Shown here piece after piece: positions 25,791 through 39,200 of a stretch of DNA of 64,000 nucleotides. This DNA is from Balanoglossus misakiensis. Taxonomy: Eukaryota; Animalia; Hemichordata. The notes under the pieces were generated by a model that worked only from the letters and a program-made list of their open reading frames with translations, ran no database searches and was not told the origin of the DNA. The stretch is from positions 8,727,519 through 8,791,518 of the forward strand of contig CM082578.2 in assembly GCA_040954595.2 (NCBI GenBank), in the 5' to 3' direction. Every line of letters starts with the position of its first letter. Position 1 is the stretch's first letter. Made by a program: the position numbers and the translations under genes.

Positions 25791-26692
25791 AAGACGTTGT
25801 CAACAAATAATGTTTTGTGAATTCTATCAGCCGTTGTTAACTTCTCAATCTACACACTGTCACAGGAATTTGTAGTATTGTTGGGATAGTTAATTCGCAT
25901 TTAATTTGTGGAATGTGTTTATGACTTGCCTATTCAATAAAGAATCGTGGTACGTGTTAGTACTTCACATGTACAACTGTGTGGCTATGGCCGTCAGTCC
26001 ATCTCTTCACAGACAACACGTGTGTCACATCTAAAACTCCAATACCTGTAACGTTTGGCATCATCACAGAATCGTCTTAATTTTATTATTGATAGATACG
26101 TCAGTAAAAAGACATTTTACACAGCTGAGCTCTTTTCACTTTATAATAGCCTTAAAGGCCCTTCTCCCCTATAATACGGAACAAACTAACCATCTTGATT
26201 GTAACTGACCACATCCTCTGAACAAAGTACATGTATAAATAAACCTGTCATGCCACCAAGCGAAAGACTGTTCAGTGGGTATTTCAAAAGTTCCATTCAC
26301 TTGACAGACATGGACAGCGTTTCTTGACTTCACAGAACTTCCTATTTGAAGGTGTCTTAAATTATCAGTGATTACAAGGTACCAAAGTGAAATCTGTACA
26401 GAGTTATGTACAACCGGCCAACAGTTTTCAGTAGAGCCTAGTGTGTATCTGGAACTCTGCTTTTGTGTTGTTGTTTACAACAGTTCTGCTAATAATGGGT
26501 TACGCCTCGCAGTACATATTTACATGTATATTGTTTTTTTTTATGTCTTGTACAGACTATGGGTCTTATACACACTGGCAATCGTGACACAGACCAACGA
26601 AAATATTCGGGAAGGCCTATTCATCCATAAAACTCTCATGCTGGGCTTATTTTGACAGGTATCATTTTCCAACACAAGAGGGCGCATCTTGA

Positions 26693-27740
26693 CTACGTGA
26701 AGTAATAGGGTTTCTTGACATTTATGCCGTATTCCATCAGAGCTGGGGTCAAGTCTTCCATCGTCAGCGTGTACCTTTTGTCCTACAGTGGAAACAAAAA
26801 AAATATCAGTCGCAGTAGAGCCCTCCAAGAAGTATCTAGCAACAATGAATTCAGAAACACAGACCAGAGAAAACAATGGTCCAGGAGCTAAACTGTGTTT
26901 TTTGACTCTGCCAGTTTACAGCTGTGCACAGAATTAATAAGACAACAGCCTGTTGGCGTCTGATGAGAACAGTGATAAATTAAAAAGACATTTACCTTTC
27001 CTGCTTTACGTGAACTTTGACCTGAGCCCCTCATTTTGCAGTGTTGTAATGCGTCATTGACGATGTCAGAAATAAACTTTTGTGCCGCCAGGGAAATCAT
27101 CCTCACACTGCAAAGAAAACCACATTCACAACTATACTTTGAATCTGACACATTTTATCACATCAATTTTGCAGCTTTACAATTCCAGAACCATTCATAA
27201 TGTAACATGCGCTGCACAGTTTCATGAAATCATCCTGCACATTTCATGGGAAAATGGCCACCCAAACACATTTTTCTGAGCCACTGAGATCTGAGAATTT
27301 GACTGTACTCTATGACATTTCTTTGTGTTGAACACTGAAAACAAAACTTACACTCTGGGGTCTGATGCGTCAAAGCCTGATCGGTTTAAGTAGTAACCAG
27401 TGACTGCATCTGGAATCTGAAATACACAATTGAAATTGGAATTAAAAAAATAATAACAATGAAATTTCTTCGCTTCGGAAAGGAAATGTGTACAGTGTAT
27501 TCTCACCACTGCCAATCATTCCTTCAGAAAAGAATTACGTGAATCTGTCACTGGTGGCCTATTTCAATTGTGAAAATGTGCCAAATGTTAGCTTACTGTA
27601 GGTGTGTAGTCTTCAAGTTGTTGAAGGAACTCCGCAAGAGGTGTTCCTGCCGGTGCAGCATCTGATCCATTGGTGATAGACGGTGTGGTTGTACCACTGG
27701 ATCCAGACGAGTTGTTGGAGTTTGTATTTGATGTAGCCAT
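26693..27740 (-). CDS. TAF10: TFIID subunit TAF10 (about 136 aa)
   Basis: Exons 27740-27597, 27416-27352, 27107-26996, 26782-26693 encode [62 protein letters not shown]...DKRYTLTMEDLTPALMEYGINVKKPYYFT*. A probable non-coding upstream exon ends at 28293 (GTAAGT). Confidence 0.96.
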
Positions 27741-29323
27741 ACCTGCAATAAACATGAATGTATCTCAGTGTTACAGAGGATGGGGTAAACAGTAACAGGG
27801 ACTTTGTTCTGCCATACAACTAATAGTGATGGCTAACCTAGTGTCGCACGGCGTCCACTGCGACTCTGCGGGGACGTGCGAATGGATTCATCTGGTTACG
27901 TCTTTTTTCAAGGGCTTCAACTGTATGTATGGCTACTACTAGCCTAGATTAGCGACCGTCCATGAAGTTGCATGAACGTACATTGCAGTTGTACAAATGT
28001 ACCATACCACAGTAACAGATACTACAATAATAGCCGTGATAACACCCCCCCCCCCCCACACACACACGGTGAAGGTGCAATAGTACAATGGAGCATGGAG
28101 GTACTAAGCTACAAGAATCAAGATTGAAGACAGCCGAAAATCAAATGTGGTCCGGGAAATCCGCGTCTCAGGGGGATTTTAAGCAATGTACAAAGTACAC
28201 AACACAATGAACATAGTCTTGAGACCACGAATCGAAACATGCTTGGCCATATCGCAAAACTGACGACGTAGAAAACACACGAAATCACTTACCGAAGCGT
28301 TCCAGCACTCACTAATGAGTATACCATCGACTCGACTGGCTTTGTTCCTTTCGCTAGTGTAAAGTTGACAGCCAACTTATTCGTCATATATCGACCTGCT
28401 AGACTTCAGATTTTCAAAAAAATAAAAGACTCGTATTGTTGTGAGTGCTATATTTGCCTTCCATTAATTTTAGTTTAAATTTCTTATCACATAAGGATGA
28501 GTTTTTTACCAAACAAAAGTTGTTTGTTACGCGTACATTTTTGTACGAGCAACGTTCTACTGATGTAACAATGCTGGCAAGTCTGAACGCTAGATGGCGC
28601 TGTAGTAAGGGCAAGGGTCAGGAAGGGTCATGCGACGTCTGTACGGCGAGTATCTGTGGCTCGTCTATGTGTCTGCCCCAGTACATTTCATCACAAATTC
28701 GGTGATGTCATGATGATTCCAAGAGAATTAAGCTAAATAAAATTACAAAAGCATAATCGCCTCTAATTTATGTATATGAGATGGCAGCAAAAACTGTTGA
28801 CATGGTCTACCCAGCCTTGACATTATCAAACATGTTGAAATAGTGGTATTATGAGGGACCTGGTTTGCCTCGATTGTAATCCAGGGCATTTATTTCTATG
28901 GCAACATAAATTCCCGGCCACGGTGATGTCACACAGACTGCATGCGCACCATTAAGGGGGTGTTTTGAATCATTGACAATGATACATAGTTTCTTTCACT
29001 GCTGTTTGGAAAAGATTGACAAGAGCGTGTTGAGGACCAATATATCGCGCTGAATGACCTTGATACACCACTCATATCAATTTGAACGTTTGCGTCTCTA
29101 TAGATACATGTCACGCAGTCTTAAATTGTGACTGCTCCGATGAATATTTCATGAAAGACAAGTGAAAACCAGATAAAATCTTGACACATGTCCCGGACTG
29201 AAACTGTAATCGCGATAACGAGGAATGAATGCCGAAAAATTAGAAACTGCGATTTACTACAATACGAAACGTCACCAGTTGTTTGGATTAGATCTATACA
29301 CAACACGTATTGCTTCCAACATT

Positions 29324-30208
29324 CTACTCGTAGGTAAAGTTTATACCATGGTCCTTAAACTTTTTATCGATTTCAAGATCATACATTTCACTCTGGGCTA
29401 CCGTGAAAATATTTTTCCAACCGCCGAGAGACCCCTGCCGCATAAAATTCTTGACTTCTTGGCTTTCAACCACTTTCTTGCCGGCTTCTTTCATTTTGTT
29501 GAAGGACGTCTCTTCCATCACCTGTTGGATCTTCTCCTCGGTCAACGGCCTTCCCAGGAACATCGCCACTTTTCTGATCACCGATGCCTGATCTCGTTTC
29601 ATTTCCTCATACGTGACATGCAACACGTTGTCTCGCTCGCCGAGTTTGCGCCAGGATATCACGTGATTGACGTACGGCCCGGACATCACAGTCCCCTCTT
29701 TGAACCTCATCAGTGCGTCCTCCCAACTTGCCTGCCACGACCCCGTGACGAAGGTCTTGGCGTAGTTGAAGTACGACACGCAGGTGTCTTTCGGGTTTCG
29801 GGAAATGTAGACGACCTTGACCTTGTTGTCTCGCAGGGCTTTCTGCGCGAACACCTCGTACGGGAGGTGGGTTCGGAATAACCGCGGAGACGGCATCGAG
29901 TCGTTGTCAAGTTGCTCCTGAAAGACGCGTCTCCACTCTGGGCGTATGCCTTTGACCTCGGGCTTCACGATCGGCCACTCCACGCAGGCAGGGTCGCTCT
30001 GGTCGCCGACTTTGCACAGACCCCAGTCGTCGTACATGGCCAACAAGTTATATTTCAACCAAGAGGTGCCTGTCTTCATGAAACCGTTGATCACGACATC
30101 GCCTTCCTTGAACGGAAAGTTCTCCATTTCGCCCGCTTCCAGCTTCTCGCGGGAAAACTGGTCAGGGTAAAAATAACCTTTATACCAGAACCCAGGATTG
30201 TCCGCCAT
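29324..30208 (-). CDS. Cytosolic PAPS-dependent sulfotransferase (SULT1-like fold), intronless, about 294 aa
   Basis: 5'-PSB loop GFMKTGTSWL, catalytic His in RLFRTHLP, 3'-PB RNPKDTCVS, YEEMK, and C-terminal FMRQGSLGGWKNIFTVAQSE. Start taken at MADNPG (30208). Confidence 0.93.
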   Translation of the reverse strand: MADNPGFWYKGYFYPDQFSREKLEAGEMENFPFKEGDVVINGFMKTGTSWLKYNLLAMYDDWGLCKVGDQSDPACVEWPIVKPEVKGIRPEWRRVFQEQLDNDSMPSPRLFRTHLPYEVFAQKALRDNKVKVVYISRNPKDTCVSYFNYAKTFVTGSWQASWEDALMRFKEGTVMSGPYVNHVISWRKLGERDNVLHVTYEEMKRDQASVIRKVAMFLGRPLTEEKIQQVMEETSFNKMKEAGKKVVESQEVKNFMRQGSLGGWKNIFTVAQSEMYDLEIDKKFKDHGINFTYE

Positions 30209-30253
30209 AATGTTCTGCTGTGTACTGCAATACACCGCACAGTTGTTGTGTGA

Positions 30254-30298
30254 CTATATACGATCCAGTAATAGGTACGGGTTACTGAACTTTGACCG
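30254..30298 (-). promoter_or_regulatory. Candidate SULT core promoter: TATA-like box and DR1 element
   Basis: TATATAG on the minus strand at 30254-30260, and TGAACT-T-TGACCG (HNF4/RXR/COUP-type DR1) at 30286-30298. Confidence 0.35.
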
Positions 30299-33297
30299 TA
30301 CTTAAAACTGGCAGTAAAAACATCGGAGATCAACTGAGTGTGCTGCCGTGTTTATAAAAATATGTACGTAGATATTTATACCTTCAAGCATGATGTAAGT
30401 TTGGAATAAAGAGACTGGAGCAATATTTACCTATGAAGACGCCAAACACTTCATGTGCGAAACTTTTACGAGACTGATTGTTTTCTAATGTTTCTCCATC
30501 AGGAAACCCCGTCAAAGATAAATGATTTGTAGTATGCAGTGTTGGTACTTACGTTTAGGTAGTACGGTTAGTTTTATGTTCCCACACGTAAAAACTATCC
30601 AGAATGACGCAGCAACATGGGTCAAAGTAGACTAGCCCACTAGTCGCTTGGTGATTTTTGAATCTCAATACTTTTTCGTTTCAGACTACTTTGCTGTAGC
30701 TGAAGAGCGAGTTCAAAACATACACAATACCCTTTCAAACGACTGACATTCATCCTTTGCGTAGTCCACGGGGTTTACAATGCAATATTATTTTCTTCCA
30801 ATCCCCTCCTTGTATAATCAGTTTGTTTTCACACTGGCGATGATCAACTTCGATGCCGGGAGCATCCATCCACGTCGATAGATGTGCGCATGTGCAGTGT
30901 AGGGTCGGGGTGATTTTGGGGCCAATTGATACCTGTCTGGAGGAACCCACAAACAAACAATATTTCGGGCATAACATTTACAATGTGTGACCGAACCAGG
31001 TCGAGGTCACCTGGGTGATAACCTAATTAGTAAGAATACCACGAACTCCAATCAAATATACCCGGGTCACTGTGTAGAAAGGTGGTATGGTAGGTACGTG
31101 ACACCGCTGAACAAAAACTCGCAGTGCAAAATGTGATATATTCATTTAACTTATTATATCGCTTTATTTCTTTAAAATAAGTGTATCACATATAAAGATT
31201 CTCTGATGACGTAAGTTATAACTTACATTACACACACAAAAAAAACATCAGTACTATGTAAAGGTAACTGGAAAATACACTGATCCAAGCAGAACGCGTG
31301 TTCCATTACAATGGAGGTAACACGAAGGAAGGAGCTCAAAGCACTGGCCACACGCGTAAAAATGCGAGCAGATTGGTCAGCTCCTTTGCAAAACCAAAGC
31401 AATGAAATATAATGGAACACACTTGACATCTGTAATAAGCAGCTGCATTACCGTATAGAAAATGTCACTATACGAGCAACACGAGCTCAAACACTGCGCG
31501 GGTCAAGCAAAGAGTTCTGAGCACCGTACCCGACACTGGCATGCGCAGTGAGTGAGTCAGTGTCGACGACGGCCGTCTCTCCTGTGCGCAGCTCACTATA
31601 CATGTACACGTTTCACTTGTCATCTGTCTACTCTAAAACTGGACTTATTACCGGACAAGAGAGCATGACATTTGAAAATATTAAACGAATATTAATACGA
31701 AAAAAAGACACGACAATATCACCTAGTTTCATTTAGATCAAGGTTCCATCTGTCTAGATTTCAAGTCGGTACTGAGATAATAGATTATATTTTTGACGAC
31801 AAGCGCAACGGTTTGTGTAAATGGCAGTGAACGGATTCAGTACACACAAAAAAGCCGTATGGCGCTACAATGTCGATATCAGTCGGTTACAGTATATACA
31901 AGAGAAAGGGAGTTTCTGTAACCCTTTTGAGCGTGAATCTCCAAACCCTGTCCCCAATTTAATTCTTTAAATTCTGTACGTGAGAATTAGTCCTGCGCGC
32001 TATTAGCTGCGCATTTCTCTAGAAGTTTAAATTATTGTCATGTGCGAAAATTAGTAATTGTATGTGACGCGTCTTACACAAGAGTTGTATATTTCAGTTC
32101 AAAATTAGACACGTTCCATTTATTTTGCAAAATACAGGTTAGTGTCCCTGTACGAATTTCCTTAAAACAGGACTGTTTTCAAAAAATTTAACAATATCAT
32201 GGGAAAGTGCTCCTGACAAAGTTAAACGGACAAGTACTATTTTAATCGCAATATAGCAGAGACTGCTATTATGGGCCGCAGAGGGCGCCATACATACCAC
32301 ATTCTAGCGGTGATCCTTGCGGTTCCAGACAAATTGAAACGCACGCGTGTTTGCACGCAACTGAACGCAAAACAGTCATAAACGCAACTGCTACACATCG
32401 TGACTGCATACAAGTTCTTCGAAGGAAAACGGAGAAGTCAATACTAATAATAATGAGTAAAACACTAAACAACGCAAAAACCTTTCAAATGATGGCACAT
32501 TTGACAGTAACTTGTTTCGTTCCACACTAGGAGAGTGGAGCGCATATTTAAACAATTCTCAAACAGTTTAAACAAGTGGTGAAAATGATAACTGCACATA
32601 ATAAATTATTGAAATGTTACAGACAAAACTTCTGTTAGCGTTTTCACAAGGTAACATAATTCTTGTTACTCACAGTCGTTACTAATAATAATACATCGCA
32701 AGTTGTCGCAGGAATTAAATATCTTTGAACATGTTGAAAATAGAACTTTTAGATATAATAATTCTGTATCCAGTTTCAAGCAGTACTCGTCGTTCAGAGT
32801 AAACGCCTTGTGCGAAACTAAAACATAACAACACACACAAAGAGCTCCGACTGGGTCAAGCACTTTATAGTAAACTATAAAAATATTTTAACAGCGCACG
32901 CAAAACTCTCATTCTCTCTCTCCCTCTCGTGCAATATAATATATGTGAAACATACGTACTGACGTGAAAACTCATCTCCATGACAACCAAAACACACCTG
33001 TAAATATATTTTTGTGCACATATGTTGTCTCACTCTCTCTCTTATTGCAACTCTGCGATACACTTGTACAAATTGAAAGAAAAAAAAGCATTGAGTGAGT
33101 GTCTCTTCTGCCAATGGCGGGGCGAGCTACTAGTATCCTCTCGCCAACGCAGGCATCACGCCGTAGACTCGGCGTTCTAGGTAGCGATACTCCGAGAGAA
33201 AAAAAGTTTTCTCGAGTATCCATGGTCAAAACAACAGTCCAAGTTACGAAAACCCTGAATAGTTGAAGGAAATGCCGGGAACGATTCTCCGGACATT

Positions 33298-36200
33298 TCA
33301 CACGGTGGTGACGATGAGTTGTACAACTTCGGACGAAGATAAGTTGACCTCTAATTCGGATCCAACTTCGACTTGTTGCTGCTTTTGTTCCTCTTTCTGC
33401 TGTTGCTGCTGCTGCGCATGCTCCAGCTCTTCGTCTTGTTTCTTCTTCAGTGCGCGGTTTTTCTCCCTTCGGCTCAGGTAGGGGACCAGTAGCATCAGCA
33501 GACCGGCGGCAAATAACCAGATACCGCTGATGTAGAACGCGCTATCGTAAATGCCGGTCATGTCTCGCATCCAACCTGTGAACAACGGGGGACAGAGCAT
33601 CTCATGAACTCGCGACTCCAAAAACGTAAAATGCCCCGAAAGACCCCATAGTTTTAGAGTTCGAACATAGTTTATACTTCGAGTTGGTTCTTTTCTCTAG
33701 TTACCCCCCCCCCCAGAAAAGTGTTATATATGGCACAAACTACCCAATATGCGTATCATTCAAAACCTCATTATAACACTATATTTGTACCAAAATTGTC
33801 AACCCAGAAACCCAAACTTTAGTCGGAAAACGTCAACTTTGCCCACTTCAACACGTTTTTTACTCATCTCCAAACGGTTTCCGCTGTCATCTCACAGTTG
33901 GCCCAAATTCGTCTGGTAGCTTGAGAAAATGCGTGAGTCAACAAGACCACTCGTCGACTGAGTGGATTGAGCGACAAAATCTCGCAACGTACCTCCCAGG
34001 GGCGAAGCGATGATGTGGCCAAGACCTTGGAACTGGAAGACAAAGGCGGAGGTGCTTCGGAACTTCTCGGGACCGAAATATTTGGCACAAATGACCGGAG
34101 TCATGGTGATGTAAGAGCCCATGAAGAGACCAAAGAACGCGGACGTAACCATTTGTCCTGCAAAAGTCAAAAGGAAACTCAATTGAGAATTAACTAAGAC
34201 GAACCTACTTCGATCCCACATCTACATATGCCTATACCAAATAAATAAATATGACCAATCTCGGAGAAGGAGAGCCTGTAAGAGAAATTAAACTCTCCAA
34301 AAACAGCGACCATTTTGTCCTTGCTGCAGCATGCCCCGCCTGTCACCCTATTTCCGACTCCGAGATTGGTCTTTGGTTGTGAATGATGCTGCTGTGATGG
34401 TCGTGTGATTGACGGTGCACTGTGGCAATGTAGTGTAGTGTTTTGTATACATGAGTATTTATCGTTATGTGCTTTAAGAATGCTACAAATAAAGAAAATA
34501 TGCAAATGCAAATGATGAATTATGTGGATGTTCTTCGACGAATGGTTTCCGAGTATCTCACCACACATCTAACTTGTGATATATCCCAAATCAATTATAG
34601 TGCAGGTTTCCATCAGCCTTTCTCGATTTCTAACAACACAATTACACGTTCATGTTTCAAATTCGCTTGAAAACCAAAACAAATCAGCGCTCGCACATCT
34701 GGCCAAGTGAGCATTTGCGATAGGCCTATTGACAAAATTGCCATTTTGTCATTGGTCAAATATCGTTAAAAGATCGTATTTTCGCCCCATGGGCACTTGG
34801 ACAGTTTTTGCGGTACGTGCCAATCGACGGCCAATTAGGACAATTTTATGTGCAAGTCACTTATATTCAATCAGCGGAGATCTTTGAACTTCCACCAAAT
34901 CTTCAAGAGACTTTGAAAATGTGTCATTGCAGTAAGCAACCGTAGATGACTGTTGAACTCATAGAGGAAACCAGTTTAATGAAAGCGAGCCAAAATGAAG
35001 AAAAAATCGCGATTTCACATTTTTTATCAGTTTCTGATTGCGTTTTCGGTTTTATCATCGCTTTTCGTTTAAGTCTCAGAAACCACCCGTCGGTCTAACA
35101 CCACTCCGATGATCTGATCCCTGCAAGGCAAACGATTTAAGTGTATACACCAAGACGTTTACTGAAAAGTGACGAGAAAAAAGAGACCTTTTAGTACAAT
35201 GATATGGCTCCGTATTTGCCATTCTATACACTGTAAAAATGCCCCAAACCTCTGCAAGTTGGGTTAGTATATGAGCGATACCAAATAGGGACGCAGCAGT
35301 GACGGGACGTTCTATTTCCGGGAGTAGGGGGAGTAAGGTGTGTTACGTGACATTCCTACCTGTATAACTAGAGAGATAGATACTGACAATTGCGCACACT
35401 CCACACAAGGAAGCCGAGACGCTGTATAAGAGCAAAGGGCTTACACCGCGTAGGTTGCCAATGCCGCCAAACAGCACTCTTCCAACGCTCTGAGTAATGC
35501 CCATGATAGACACGAGCATAGCGCCATCTGAGTCGGGAATGCCAAAGTCACGTGCACGTTTCACCTGCAAGTACAGCAAACAACATGGCCATGGAACAGG
35601 TGAGTGAACATGGTGGAATTTGCCGACAACAGATCTCCAAGACTCATCAGGTATCACTGCCAGTGGATGTCAGTCGGGTTTGTATATGAGTTTATTAAAC
35701 GTGACAGAATATGAGTAAAAAAAAATGGTCGACATTTTTCTCTAGAACTACACAGCAATGCTAGCATAGCACATAAGTAAGTTAAATGTTTGTTTGGCGC
35801 CAGGCCAACATGGTAGCACTCATGTGTCGGCCCGGAATATCGCGCGATACACATTCATTTCAATCTCCTGATGCGAAATTCTTTGAAATGCGCTTGTTTT
35901 ACCGGTAGAGGCGTGCAACAAACATTCGATCGCGCTACAATGCTACAATATTACAAATGGAGAAATGGGTTAATTATTAAAGCGTCTATCTATCCTAGTT
36001 GGGCATAAGTGATCACACAGTACTGTACGGTCCTCAGTCGTCGATTTTGTTTTTACCTCGGACTATCAACTGTTCTTAATATGATATGACCACGGCAGAA
36101 AGTGGGATCTAACTTGGCTTGGATTGGATAAAATAAATGGTTCCCAGTGAGGTCACCAACGTCGCGTTAACTCCCTCGTCCGCCACCCCATCAGCAGGGA

Positions 36201-39200
36201 TTACCGGGTCCAGCGCCCTCTCGCGGCCAATTCCTTGGAATACTTTTGTATATACCGCCGGTTGTGACACTTGTCAACTTGAAGGACCTGGGTGCCTGCG
36301 ATTCTGTGGATTATACACTGGGCTCTTTGAGAAATAGAGAAAGATCAAGACTATATGAAACATGGTCTTTAATCAGAACGCTAAAAAGGAAATGGTTAGA
36401 TTTGATTAGCAACATCATGGCTCTCTCGCGAGAGTTATCTAGCAGTGTAATGAACGGTATACGTACCAGGTGAGATGTGACGATTGATTGTCCACAGTAG
36501 TGACACAGGAAGCCCACTTGTATAACTGCAAAGATGGGGTCTTTCCACAGACTGAAGTCCATCACTTTGTTCAGCATTTTCAAGCCCTTTCGAAGTCCCG
36601 CTTTGAATTTCTCAAATGCCCCCTTCAAGCTCCACCTCTTCTTCTTGACGACAAGGGTCTCTTCGAGAACCTCGGGCGTCTTCTCCGCGATTACCTCCGG
36701 GGAGAACCTCTCCTCGTTGTCGCTGTCACTCTCGCTCTCCGTGGACTCCTCGACCGGCGGGGGCATCCACAGGAAGCCCGATCCGTACGCTGCCATCACC
36801 AGGAGCGAGGACTGGGCCTGCCCGTCCTCGTCGTCGGAGCTATCGGAGTCGATAGACGAGAAGCTGCTCTCGCTGTGGTGGCGCCACACGTCGTCGCCGG
36901 ACGACAGCGGGCTGTAGAGTTTGTTGCTCTTGTCGACGCTCTTGTTGTAGTTGTTGCCGTAGAGCATGTTGTCGATCTTCTGGACTGCTTGCAGTTGCGC
37001 CACGGGGATCGGTCTGTCGCCGAACCTGCTGGTGTTCTTCGTGTTTTTGAAGTAGTTGAACCCGTTGATCATGCCCAGAGTCTCGTCCTTGCTCGGCTGT
37101 TGCCCGACCTCCACGTCGTGGTGGTGGTCGACGAACACCTCGTCGTCATCGCTTGGCTTCTCGTGGTGCTGCTTCTTCTTCTTCTTCTTCTTCTTGGTCG
37201 GGTGCAGCGGTCGCAGGAGTGCCGCGGCCACGCACAGATTCAGGGTGACGCCGCTCAGGATCATGAAGGTCCCCCTCCACCCGTACGACTCCTTCAGCCG
37301 CTGGATGATGAAGGCCATCGCGCACTGCCCGATGCCGCTGCCGGCGAGGGCGATGCCCATCGCGATGGAGAGCTTCTTGCGGAAGTACCTGCCGACCATG
37401 ATGTACGACGGTAGGTGGACGAAGCTGTAGCCGATACCTGGAAGCCAATTACGATGATGTCACCTGATTAAACTTTGAGGGAAACGGACTAGGCTTGTCA
37501 GGTGTGCATTCATAACGAAACACGAACACAGTCACCAACGACGGTACACGGGTGAAACAATAGGTCTAAAGCACACACAGTTCACAACTGCAAAAGACAT
37601 TACAGGCGACCTTTAACGATGCAGCCTGCTGGGTGGGACGACATCATACTATAAAATGTGCTCGCAAACTGCATGCACCTGTTGAGGAACGTCACATCAA
37701 AATAAAGATTATTCAAAGCCATCAAAAATGACAATTATTACACCGAGAACTTCACAAGTAAAACAGTCTCACTTACCTAACAAAACGCCATATGTGAGAT
37801 AAAGTTGAGTCAAGCTGGTCGCAAAGGAGCTGATGATGAGTGCAATCGAGGCAACTACGCCCCCTATCATCGCCACTGGTCTATAGCCAAACCGCTCAGC
37901 CAAGTACGCAGAAAAGGGATTCGTTGACACTGTAACCATAAGAACGAGCGAGCCGACCCAAGCTGCGGAAAAGATCAGAGGAGAACAAAAAGAGAAAACG
38001 ATGAAATCGCAAGTTAGGGCACATGGACACCTTGCAAAGTAGGAGAAAGGTAACTTCGCAGACAGTATGCGCCGTGTGTCAAAACGACTCCGCGAAGCAC
38101 GTTTCCAGTACTTTACAAGACAGGCTATAGATTACACGTATATTGTACGTAAATGTTTTAAGGTGGGACTTACCAACGGAATTGACATCGTGTGATCTAG
38201 ATAGACTCGAAGAGAACAGAAGAGAAGACTTACAATTTGCGGAAAACACGAAAGAGTTACATGTATCATTCAACTAAGAGAAATGGCACGGATGTGGTGC
38301 GATTTCGGCAATCCATATATGAAACGTGATGAAAACGACATGAATGAAGAGGAGAAACATTGAAAGTAGACTGAACTTTAAATATTGACTGAACAGCGCA
38401 CAAGAAACTGGTGATCGCGCGCAAAGCGAACGCTGGTGACATGACCCGCGACTGCGAATGTTACCCGGACCGCCGCACAGTATAGACGGTCGGCGCACTG
38501 ATATAGGCCTTGTCTATAAGGTACCATCGTACCAGTCAAATACTCAAACAACCTTACGAACAAAAAAACTCCAATGACCTTACTACGGATTCAAGATTTA
38601 TTCGTTCTACCAGAGAGGCATAAGACGTACACTGCATGGAAATATCATAGATTACATATCAAGGGAAAAGACCAAAAGTTACCTGCTGCAAGTTACATGT
38701 ACCTGAAATTCAAACCTCGGCACGTAGCTGACGAAAATAGAGCGTAGCCACCAGTATAGGGCGTAGTCCCTATACGAGTGGAAGGGGGGGAAAAGTTTGT
38801 GATTTTCACACAGTGAAAGTTTGTGACTTAGGCATACCTGTTTCCGTCCTTGCGTCAACTATTCTATACTTACAATTATCCTGGGCTCCAGGAATTTTAA
38901 CTGTACTTTTTTGACTCCGTAAAATTTACAGGAATAGCTCGTAGCGGTAGGCTTTAGGTTGACGCTTGTAGGCGTGGGTCACGTGAGTCATATAACATGG
39001 GTGGCGCAGGAAACGAGTTCCTCAGCTTAGACCCTAAAACAGTGAAATACTCGGTTAAATAAGTGATATCTCAAACTCTTCATCACCCCTTCAATTGTTT
39101 TCTCTCTCAAATATTCTGTAGCTCGGTTACGAAAATTGACAATGGAGTCTCGTCTGTGGCATCATCATTGAACCATTCATATTGTCGTCGTGTTTTGCTC

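Noticed and set aside
28586-28603. CTCF/YY1-like motifs (also near 19372, 26672 and 32274)
   Set aside because: Partial matches only, which cannot be separated from chance without a PWM scan or ChIP data.
29225-29881. 218-aa + strand ORF
   Set aside because: Antisense to the GC-rich SULT coding sequence.
36488-37414. 308-aa + strand ORF
   Set aside because: Antisense to the high-GC3 SLC16 exon 3, where stop codons are depleted by composition.
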